Of a stretch of DNA of 64,000 nucleotides, positions 20,356 through 28,104 are shown piece after piece. The notes under the pieces are model-generated. The model was not told the origin of the DNA. It saw nothing but the letters and a program-made list of their open reading frames with translations, and ran no database searches. The stretch covers positions 547,838 through 611,837 of the forward strand of contig CAVXXI010000001.1 of the NCBI GenBank assembly GCA_963765725.1. Reading direction: 5' to 3'. The DNA is from an uncultured Actinomycetota bacterium (GTDB lineage: Bacteria; Actinomycetota; Actinomycetes; Propionibacteriales; Nocardioidaceae). The position numbers and the translations under genes were made by a program. The number at the start of each line of letters is the position of its first letter. Positions within the stretch are counted from its first letter, which is position 1.

Positions 20356-20931
20356 TTACTCGCTCGTCTCTGCGTGCAGCATCGGGTCCCACAGGTACAC
20401 CGCACCGGTGCTCGTACCGCTCGCGACGTCGGAGATCGTGACGCGAAGGCTGTGGTGGCCAGGGCCGATGTGGCGGCAGTAGTTCTGCGCGAACGTGCCG
20501 TAGCCCTGGGCGTAGATCGGGCTGCCGTTGTTGAGGTCGGACGGAGCCATCGGGATGCCGTCCAGGAGCACCTTCACCTTGCCCTGCGAGCTGTTGGAGT
20601 CCAGGTAGTCCTGGGCGGTGAAGCTCACGCTCAGCACGTCTTTGCCGTGCCGAGGTCCGTTCACCCGGAACAGGGTGCCCGGGACGATGGTGGGGCCGTT
20701 GTTGCTGCTCGCGGAGATGGTGTCGTGGACGCCACCGTTGTACGTGGCCTTCTGGGCGCCGCCGACGCAGCTCACCTCGTTGCCGGTCTTCATGGCTCGT
20801 CCGAACGGTGCCTTCGAGTCGTGGTGCGACCCGGCGGCATCCGCCTGGAGCGTACTGGCGCTCAGCCCACCGGCCACCAGGGCGGCGGATGCAAGAACGG
20901 GCGCGGTCATGATCAATGTCTTCTTGAACAC
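20356..20931 (-). CDS. Secreted protein of unknown function
   Basis: Signal-peptide-like N-terminus MFKKTLIMTAPVLASAALVAGGLSASTLQADAA and a Gly/Ser/Asn-rich mature part. No family was recognised. Confidence 0.65.
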   Translation of the reverse strand: MFKKTLIMTAPVLASAALVAGGLSASTLQADAAGSHHDSKAPFGRAMKTGNEVSCVGGAQKATYNGGVHDTISASSNNGPTIVPGTLFRVNGPRHGKDVLSVSFTAQDYLDSNSSQGKVKVLLDGIPMAPSDLNNGSPIYAQGYGTFAQNYCRHIGPGHHSLRVTISDVASGTSTGAVYLWDPMLHAETSE

Positions 20932-21248
20932 GGGGACCTCCTCAAGTCTCGATTTCCGTGTCTTCGAGCGCTAAGGACGCCACGGGGCGGACGCTGATAC
21001 CGGCTCGATGCGACGTATCACGAGAGCGGCGGGGACCTCTTCACCTGGCCCGGTCGACTACTTCTGGGGCTCGACATGCGACGCAGAGTGACTAGGATTC
21101 CTCACCTCGGACGTGATCAGCCCAGTCACGGACGCGCAGGTATCACCGGCGGGAGGAGCGCCTCCTGAGGTCTGTGCAGTCCACAGGGATCAGCAAACCG
21201 AAGGGTCCGCTCGTGAGCCTGCACGACGCTCGTGACGCAACCGCCGGG

Positions 21249-21809
21249 ATGTCTGTGTGGGACTCGTCGGCGGAGCACTTCCGTCGCTGGCGGGCCGGTG
21301 ACCACACCGGTCTGGACGACCTCGTCCGCTCCCTGACGCCGGTGCTCTGGCACGTGGTCAGGTCCTACGGGCTCGCCGCCGAGGCGGCCGAGGACGTCGT
21401 CCAGACCGCCTGGCTGACCCTGGTACGCCGTCATGAGTCCATCAGCGACCCGCAGGCAGTGGCCGCCTGGCTCACCACGACCGCTCGACGTGAGGCCTGG
21501 CGGGTCTCGAAGACCGCCACGAAGTCGTTGGTGCTGGGCGAGGAGGTCATCGAGGCGCGGATGCCGCACGCGGCCACGGCCGAGGCGCAGGTGCTGGCCG
21601 ACGACGACCAGGAGCGGCTCTGGCAGCGCGTCCAGGAGCTGTCGCCGCGGTGCCAGCGACTGCTCCGCATCATCGCGTTCGACGACCGCCCCGACTACGC
21701 GGGCATCGCTGACGAGCTCGGCATGCCGATCGGCAGCATCGGCCCGACCAGGGGCCGCTGCCTCGCGAAGCTCAAGGCGCTCCTGACTGAGGGAGAAGAC
21801 GATGACTGA
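21249..21809 (+). CDS. ECF-type RNA polymerase sigma-70 family factor
   Basis: Region 2 (DVVQTAWLTLVRR...AWLTTTARREAWR) and region 4 (LSPRCQRLLRIIAF...YAGIADELGMPIGSIGPTRGRCLAKLK). Start placed at ATG 21249; the track ORF opens at 21174. Confidence 0.85.
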   Translation: MSVWDSSAEHFRRWRAGDHTGLDDLVRSLTPVLWHVVRSYGLAAEAAEDVVQTAWLTLVRRHESISDPQAVAAWLTTTARREAWRVSKTATKSLVLGEEVIEARMPHAATAEAQVLADDDQERLWQRVQELSPRCQRLLRIIAFDDRPDYAGIADELGMPIGSIGPTRGRCLAKLKALLTEGEDDD

Positions 21810-22266
21810 CCGCGACCCAGTGCTCGTCGACCTGGCCGCCATGTGGCGAGCCGTCGACCCGGTGCCACCCACCCTTGTCGACAAGGTGCTCGTGGCCGTC
21901 GAGACCGAGAACCTGGACGCCGAGTACGAGCTCCTCCACCTCGTGGAGCGCAGCCGCGACCTTGCCGGCGCCCGTAGCGCCGGAGAAGCCGTCACGATCT
22001 CGTTCTCCACCGGAGCGTTCTCGCTGCTTTTGCGGGTCAGCGAGGTCAGCGGCGGGCAGCGCCGCGTCGACGGCTGGGTGAGCCCGCCGCAGCCGATGCA
22101 GGTCACGGCCATCCAGCCGGAGCGTTCGGTGTCCGCTGTCGTGGACGCGCTCGGACGCTTCGAGATAGCGCGCCTGCCCAGCGGCCTAACCCGTTTCTGG
22201 CTCGTGTCCGAGGACGGGTCCGACTCGGCGGAGCAGTCATTCGCGACGCCGACATTCGAGCTGTAG
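21802..22266 (+). CDS. Hypothetical 154-aa protein, candidate non-canonical sigma-factor partner
   Basis: 8-nt overlap with the sigma gene. No TM segment and no Cys/His zinc motif. The C-terminal half looks beta-sandwich-like (VVDALGRFEIARLPSGLTRFWL). Confidence 0.7.
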   Translation: MTDRDPVLVDLAAMWRAVDPVPPTLVDKVLVAVETENLDAEYELLHLVERSRDLAGARSAGEAVTISFSTGAFSLLLRVSEVSGGQRRVDGWVSPPQPMQVTAIQPERSVSAVVDALGRFEIARLPSGLTRFWLVSEDGSDSAEQSFATPTFEL

Positions 22267-22279
22267 AAGGGATTCCTCC

Positions 22280-23899
22280 GTGGTAGACCAAGCGGCACCG
22301 AGCGCACCTGCCGAGCGTGGTGGCAGAGCGCGCCGCCGTTCCCTGGCGTACCGACGGGCCGACCGGGACCCGTCGTACCCGCCCGACCACGTGCTCGCCG
22401 AAGTCGACGGGCGTGTGCTCGACCCCGGTACGGCACTGACGGTCGACGGGATCGTCCCCCGCTCCACCGTGTATGTAGGCCCCCGGCTGGTGATCTCCGC
22501 GGATCGGGACCGCGACGAGGTCCTGGGGCTGCTGCGCGACGCCGCGAGGCCGCTCGGATGGAGGATCGACCTCGACCGCTCCTACCCGGAGTCCCGCGTG
22601 CAGGGCCGCACCACCGGTGGCCGGGCGTTGGGTCTGTCACGCTGCATCATCCGGGTCGAGTCGTCGGGTGCCGCCCTCGCACCCGACGGCTGGGTGCTGC
22701 TGCAGCAGGCCCGGGGGGCGCACGGCAAGTCGGCCCTCCGGGGGGTCGGGCTCGACCACGTCCTGTTCGTGGCGCCGCGGGCGAAGCGACCGTTCCACGA
22801 GTCCAACCCCGTGCCCAGCTCGACGGAGTTCCTGGGCGTCCCCGTCGACTCGTACGGGACGCCTGGCTACGGCGGACGACAACCGGTCGCGTACGTCGGT
22901 CCGCCACCTCACCGCCGTCCCGACAGCGATTTCGTGGCGCGGCGCAGGCCCATCGTCGCCATCCTCGACACGGGGTGCGGTGAGCACGAGTGGCTGGACG
23001 ACATCGTCGACACCTCCGTCGGGCTCAAGGTCGGCGACACCACCCTCGACATCGGCTACACCGACGCGGCGACCGACCCAGAGGTGGGTGGGGACTACGT
23101 CGGCCCACTCGACGGCGGCATCGACGAGCTGGCAGGTCACGGCACTTTCATCGCCGGCCTGGTCCACCAGGCCTGCCCGGACGCCGACATCGTCGCGTGG
23201 CGCGCGGTGAACTCCAGTGGACCGATCGTCGAGTCCGACTGGACCGACGCTCTCGCCCGGATCGTCGAGCTGGTCCGACGGCACGCCGAGGGCGAGCCCG
23301 ACGGGATGCCGGTCGATGTGCTCAACCTCTCGAGCGGCTACTACCACGAGACGCCGGGCGACGAGGAGCTGTACGACCCGACCATCCGGAGCCTGCTCGA
23401 GACGCTCGGGCGCTGCGGCACGGTCGTGGTGTGCTCCGCGGGCAACGACGCGACCGCCCGCCCGCTCTACCCCGCCGCCTTCGCGCCGTGGGACGACGCG
23501 CCGGCCGGTCCACCCGCCGATGCGCTCCCGGTCCTGTCCGTGGGCGCCTACAACCCGAACGCAACGGTCGCCCTCTTCAGCAATACCGGACCCTGGGTGC
23601 GGTGTTACGAGCCGGGTGCGGCGGTGCTGAGCACGATGCCGAAGTTCCAGGGCGGTCTCCAGCCGAGCGCCCGGACGACCGCCTACAAGCTGGTCCGCGA
23701 GTCGGTCGACCTCGACGACTTCACGAGCGGGTTCGCCCTGTGGAGTGGCACGTCGTTCGCCGCTCCGATGCTCGCGGGCAAGGTGGCGGCGGCGCTCGTC
23801 GACTCCATGCCCGCGCCGGGGACGGTCGAGGACCGGGCCGCGGCGGTTGCCCGGGGCTGGTCGGCGGTAGAGGAGATTAGCCCGGTCAGGCCACAATGA
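22280..23899 (+). CDS. Cytoplasmic S8 (subtilisin-like) serine peptidase with an unassigned N-terminal region of about 230 aa
   Basis: Asp AILDTGCG, His AGHGTFIAG, Asn SAGNDA and Ser SGTSFAAPMLAG are all present. There is no signal peptide. Confidence 0.88.
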   Translation: MVDQAAPSAPAERGGRARRRSLAYRRADRDPSYPPDHVLAEVDGRVLDPGTALTVDGIVPRSTVYVGPRLVISADRDRDEVLGLLRDAARPLGWRIDLDRSYPESRVQGRTTGGRALGLSRCIIRVESSGAALAPDGWVLLQQARGAHGKSALRGVGLDHVLFVAPRAKRPFHESNPVPSSTEFLGVPVDSYGTPGYGGRQPVAYVGPPPHRRPDSDFVARRRPIVAILDTGCGEHEWLDDIVDTSVGLKVGDTTLDIGYTDAATDPEVGGDYVGPLDGGIDELAGHGTFIAGLVHQACPDADIVAWRAVNSSGPIVESDWTDALARIVELVRRHAEGEPDGMPVDVLNLSSGYYHETPGDEELYDPTIRSLLETLGRCGTVVVCSAGNDATARPLYPAAFAPWDDAPAGPPADALPVLSVGAYNPNATVALFSNTGPWVRCYEPGAAVLSTMPKFQGGLQPSARTTAYKLVRESVDLDDFTSGFALWSGTSFAAPMLAGKVAAALVDSMPAPGTVEDRAAAVARGWSAVEEISPVRPQ

Positions 23900-23903
23900 G
23901 TAC

Positions 23904-26381
23904 GTGCTGACGGCCGCCGAGCTACATCAGCAGGGCTTGCTCGCGAGCAACGCCGGCAGGCACAAGCGCGCGCGGGGCCTGTTCGACGCGGCGCTGGAGC
24001 GCTGCGACGACGACGAGACCCGGGCGCGGATCCTGTTGAGCCTCGCCCATGTGGCGTCGGAGCTCGGCAGCCGGCAGGAGGGTCTCGAGCTGTGCGACCA
24101 GGCGCTCGCCGTCGGTGCGGTACCGCCCGACCTCGTCGGGCTGGTGCAGTCACAACGCGGGCTCCTGCTCATGCGGGCGGGTGCGGGTGATGAGGCGCTC
24201 GCCGCGTTCGCCGAGGCCCTGCGTCTGTTGCCCGCGGCTCCCCAGGCGCGGTGCCGGGTCCACCTGAATCGCGGGAACGTGTACCTGCAGCGTGGCGACG
24301 CGGTCCGCGCGAGGCGGGACTTCGAGCGGGCGTCGGCCTGCGCCGAGGAGTCCGGTGACCACGTCCAGCAGGCGCGGATCGCTCACAACATCGGCTACAC
24401 GCACCTGCTGACGGGTGACCTGATCATGGCGCTGCGGATGATGGACGCCGCTCGTACGGTGCTGGTTCCGCTGTCGCGGGTGTCCGAGGCGGTCTGCGAG
24501 CAGGACCGGGCGGAGGTCCTCTCGGCGCTCGGTATGGTTTCCGACGCCGAGGCGTCGCTGCAGGCGGCCGCGCGGGCCTTCGGCTCGCGTGGACTGAGCC
24601 AGCAGCAGGGCGAGGCGGAGTTCATCCTCGCCAAGCTGCTGCTGCTCGACCGGCCCGCCGACGCCGCAACGGTCGGTCGCCGGGCACGTCGCCGGTTCGA
24701 GCGGCGCGACAGCGTCGGCTGGGCGTTGCGCGCAGACGCGGTCGCGACGGCGGCGGAGCTCGCCTCCTCGCCGGGCGGCTCGCGGGTGCTGGAACGCGCG
24801 GATCGCCTCGCGACGCAGCTCCGCAGCGCCGGGCTGCGCACCGAGGCGTCGACCGTGCACCTGTACGCCGCGCGGGCCCTCGCGGAGCGCGGCCGCGTCG
24901 ACCCTGCCTGCGCCGAGCTCGAACGGGCGAGGGTGAGCAACCGTTCGGCGCTGACCCTGAGGCTCCTGGCCCGCGAGGTGCAGGCGAGGGTCGCAAGGCG
25001 GAAAGGCAGACGTGCCGACGTCGTACACCATCTGCGGCGCGGCCTGTCCGAGCTGCACGAGTGGCAGTCGTCGTTCGGGAGCCTGGAGCTGCAGAGCTCG
25101 CTCGTCGGTCACGGGCGCGGCTTGGCGGTCCAGGGCCTGGAGTACGCGATCGACGACGGTCGGCCCGCGGTGGTGTTCGAGTGGTCGGAGCGGGCGCGGG
25201 CGCTGGCCGGCCGGGTGCCGCCGGTACGCCCTCCTGCCGACGCGGACGCCGCCGCCGATCTCACCCGACTGCGGCAGCTGCGGCTGATGATCGCGTCGGC
25301 CGGCTCGGACCCGCCGTCCGGTGTGGAGCGCGAGGCCAGCGAGCTCACCGAACGAGTCCGCCGGCGCGCCTGGTACGACTCAGGCTCCGGCCTGGTCACC
25401 GAGCCCTGCGAGCTCGACGCGCTCGTCGCCGAGCTGCAGCGGTCCGACGGCGCGCTGGTGGCGTACCTCGCCGTGAGCTCAGAGCTGCACGCGCTCGTGG
25501 TGGCCGGAGGACGGTCGAGCCTGGTCCCGCTCGGTCCGATGTCGGTGGTGCGCGCACTGCTCGACGGCATGCAGGCCGACCTCGACGTGGCGGCGAGCAG
25601 GCTCCCCGAGGTGTTGAGGGCCGCTGTCCATGCGTCGCTGCTGCGACGGCTTGACCTGCTCTCGTCCGCACTCGTCGCGCCGATCCGCCCGTCGCTGGGT
25701 GAGGGTCCGGTTGCCGTGGTGCCGGCCGGTTCCCTCGCCGCCGTCCCGTGGCCGTTGCTCGACGGGCTCGCGGGCCGGCCGCTCACCGTCCCGCGGTCGG
25801 CCTCGTCCTGGTTGAGCGCTCGTGCGTCGCGACCCAAGGCGACGACGGCCGGCTTCGTGGCGGGTCCGGGGGTCGCGCGGGCCGAGGAGGAGGTGACGCG
25901 GGCGGCCGCGCAGTGGGCGAGCTCGTGTGTGCTCTCGGGCAGCGGCGCCCTGGCGGTGGTGGTACGCGACCTCGCCGAGACCGTCGACGTCTTCCACGTG
26001 GCGGCGCACGGCCGTCATGCCGCCGAGAACCCGCTTTTCTCCGCCGTCGAGCTCGCCGACGGCCCGCTGTTCGGGTACGACATCGACCGGCTGAAGGCCA
26101 TCCCCGCGACGGTCGTGCTCTCGGCGTGCGAAGTCGGACGGTCGTCGGTGCGGTGGGGGGAGGAGACGCTCGGCATGACCGTCGCCTGGCTGCACGCCGG
26201 GGCGCGGTGCGTCATCGCCTCACCCGCGAGTGTCAACGACGACGTGGCGTGCGAGGTGCTGGCGGCGACCCATGCCCTCCTCGCTGCTGGGGAGGCGCCC
26301 AGCAGCGCGCTGGCGTCCGCGACGCGTGCAGTGGGTTCGCATCCTCCAGCGCCGTTCATCTGCTTCGGCAGCGGCTGGTAG
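23904..26381 (+). CDS. TPR-repeat plus CHAT (caspase-like) domain protease
   Basis: N-terminal TPR-like helical repeats (about 400 aa). C-terminal CHAT domain with His (FHVAAHGRH) and Cys (VVLSACEVG). Only a 4-nt gap separates it from the S8 gene. Confidence 0.88.
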   Translation: MLTAAELHQQGLLASNAGRHKRARGLFDAALERCDDDETRARILLSLAHVASELGSRQEGLELCDQALAVGAVPPDLVGLVQSQRGLLLMRAGAGDEALAAFAEALRLLPAAPQARCRVHLNRGNVYLQRGDAVRARRDFERASACAEESGDHVQQARIAHNIGYTHLLTGDLIMALRMMDAARTVLVPLSRVSEAVCEQDRAEVLSALGMVSDAEASLQAAARAFGSRGLSQQQGEAEFILAKLLLLDRPADAATVGRRARRRFERRDSVGWALRADAVATAAELASSPGGSRVLERADRLATQLRSAGLRTEASTVHLYAARALAERGRVDPACAELERARVSNRSALTLRLLAREVQARVARRKGRRADVVHHLRRGLSELHEWQSSFGSLELQSSLVGHGRGLAVQGLEYAIDDGRPAVVFEWSERARALAGRVPPVRPPADADAAADLTRLRQLRLMIASAGSDPPSGVEREASELTERVRRRAWYDSGSGLVTEPCELDALVAELQRSDGALVAYLAVSSELHALVVAGGRSSLVPLGPMSVVRALLDGMQADLDVAASRLPEVLRAAVHASLLRRLDLLSSALVAPIRPSLGEGPVAVVPAGSLAAVPWPLLDGLAGRPLTVPRSASSWLSARASRPKATTAGFVAGPGVARAEEEVTRAAAQWASSCVLSGSGALAVVVRDLAETVDVFHVAAHGRHAAENPLFSAVELADGPLFGYDIDRLKAIPATVVLSACEVGRSSVRWGEETLGMTVAWLHAGARCVIASPASVNDDVACEVLAATHALLAAGEAPSSALASATRAVGSHPPAPFICFGSGW

Positions 26382-26384
26382 CGC

Positions 26385-26516
26385 CGAGAGGTCAGAGATG
26401 TCCGGTCGAGCGGGCGCAAATGCTGCGCCGAGCGGGCGGGAATGCTGCGCCGAGCGGGCGCAAATGCTCCGCCGAGGGGGCAGAGATGTCCGGTCGAGCG
26501 GCTGAGGATGTGCGGC
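26385..26516 (+). repeat. 22-bp tandem repeat array, 6 units
   Basis: Units start at 26385, 26407, 26429, 26451, 26473 and 26495. The array begins 4 nt after the CHAT gene stop. Confidence 0.9.
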
Positions 26517-26556
26517 TGAGCAGCCGGCTACGTCGCGGGCTCCACCGAAGACAGGG

Positions 26557-26688
26557 TCAGCGGGTGATCTGGGACATGTCCGCGACCACGTGACAGCGGT
26601 TGTTGCAGTCGGCGGATGGCCGGTGGCAGTGCACGATGATCCCCTTCGGCACCACAGCGGGCCAACATTCGTCGATCGTCGTGGCCAT
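26557..26688 (-). CDS. Small Cys/His-rich protein (43 aa), unknown function; not in the ORF track
   Basis: AAGGGG lies 5 nt upstream of ATG 26688. Hand translation: MATTIDECWPAVVPKGIIVHCHRPSADCNNRCHVVADMSQITR. By my hand count, about 38 of 43 codons end in G or C. Confidence 0.5.
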   Translation of the reverse strand: MATTIDECWPAVVPKGIIVHCHRPSADCNNRCHVVADMSQITR

Positions 26689-26872
26689 CGGGACCCCTTA
26701 GCTGAGGACGGCCGGTGTGTTCCCGGTTCGTACCAGACTAGACCTGGCCGACTACGCAACGAGAGGTTATCCACACGGAGCGTGTCGCCGGGAGGTCAAG
26801 GAGTACACCGAAGGCCTAGTACAGCCCCTTCGCCGAGGCTCGACGGCACCCCGCGGTCGCTAGGGTCGGGCC

Positions 26873-28030
26873 ATGGAAACCCGGTCCGTGGACCCGGCCG
26901 ACGTCGGCCGCTCGTTCGACATCCGTACCCGCTCCTTCGGCGTGGCGCCCGCGTCCAGCCGGCCCGGATGGGAGGAGCGGGCCCGCGCGGCCGGCGACGA
27001 GGGGCGAACCGTCGGGGTGTACGAGGGCCGGCTTCTCGTCGGTCGCGCGATGATCTGGCCCTTCCGGCAGTGGTGGGGCGGGCGAGCGCTGCCGATGGCC
27101 GGTATCGCCGGAGTAGTGGTCTCGCCGGAGTACCGTGGCCGCGGCGTCGGCACGGCTCTCATGCAGGGCATTCTCGAACGCTCGCGGGAGCTCGGCTATC
27201 CGCTATCGGTGCTGTACCCCGCAACCGTGCCCGTGTACCGAAGGCTGGGCTGGGAGGTCGCCGGATCCCAGTACCGCGTCACGATGGACACTCGGCTGCT
27301 TCGTGAGCTTCGCGGCGGACCTCGCACCGTTCGGGAGGCAGGCCCGGACGACGTGGGCAGCATGCTGGAGATCATGCGGCGTCAGTACACCCGGACACGG
27401 GCGAACGGCCCGAAGGACGACGACGAGGCAGAGCTCCGCGAGCAGCTCGCCGAGGAGTCTGTCCTGGCGTACATCTGCGACGACGGGTACGTCGTGTACG
27501 GCTGGGAGGGCGACGACCTCGCGGTGTACCAGCTACAGGCCGGCGACGCCGAGACCGCCCGCTCCCTCTGGTCGGTCGTCGGGTCGGGATCCTCGATCGC
27601 CAAGCATGTCTACGCCTACCTCGCACCCGACGACCCCGTCCACTGGCTGGTGCCCGACGTGGTGGCGCCGAGCGTCCATCAGAACCGCTGGATGCTCCGC
27701 TGCTGCGATGTCCGGGCGGCGGTGGAGGGCCGCGGGTACCCCCCGGCAACGACGGTCGACGTCGCACTCGAGATCGCCGACCCGCAGCTCTCGGGCAACG
27801 GCTTCACCGGGAGACTCCAGGTGTCCGACGGCGCAGGCCGTCTGGTTCCCGGTGCCGGGCGGGGTCCCGTCACCCGCATCGGCCCCAACGGTCTCGCCGC
27901 GCTGTACGCGGGCGCGTCCGCGAGCATGCTGGCCGCCGGGGGCCTCGTCTCCGGCGGGGACCGGGAGACCTACGCGCTGCTGGACTCGGCGTTCTCGGGG
28001 CGTCCCGCCTATCTGCTCGAGTACTTCTGA
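26873..28030 (+). CDS. GNAT N-acetyltransferase with a sterol-carrier-like C-terminal domain (Eis-like)
   Basis: GNAT motif A VVVSPEYRGRGVGTALM, and the overall length and C-terminal region are typical of Eis-family enzymes. Confidence 0.8.
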   Translation: METRSVDPADVGRSFDIRTRSFGVAPASSRPGWEERARAAGDEGRTVGVYEGRLLVGRAMIWPFRQWWGGRALPMAGIAGVVVSPEYRGRGVGTALMQGILERSRELGYPLSVLYPATVPVYRRLGWEVAGSQYRVTMDTRLLRELRGGPRTVREAGPDDVGSMLEIMRRQYTRTRANGPKDDDEAELREQLAEESVLAYICDDGYVVYGWEGDDLAVYQLQAGDAETARSLWSVVGSGSSIAKHVYAYLAPDDPVHWLVPDVVAPSVHQNRWMLRCCDVRAAVEGRGYPPATTVDVALEIADPQLSGNGFTGRLQVSDGAGRLVPGAGRGPVTRIGPNGLAALYAGASASMLAAGGLVSGGDRETYALLDSAFSGRPAYLLEYF

Positions 28031-28104
28031 GCGGTCGCCAAGCTCGGGGCCGCCGGGCGCGTGTTACACGTGAGACTGCTGTGGCTATCGCGTAGCGTCG
28101 CAGC

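Noticed and set aside
26590-27306. 238-aa plus-strand ORF and 26220-26774 minus-strand ORF spanning the repeat array and the Eis-like gene start
   Set aside because: They are Arg-rich and cross the tandem repeats or overlap the well-supported GNAT gene out of frame.
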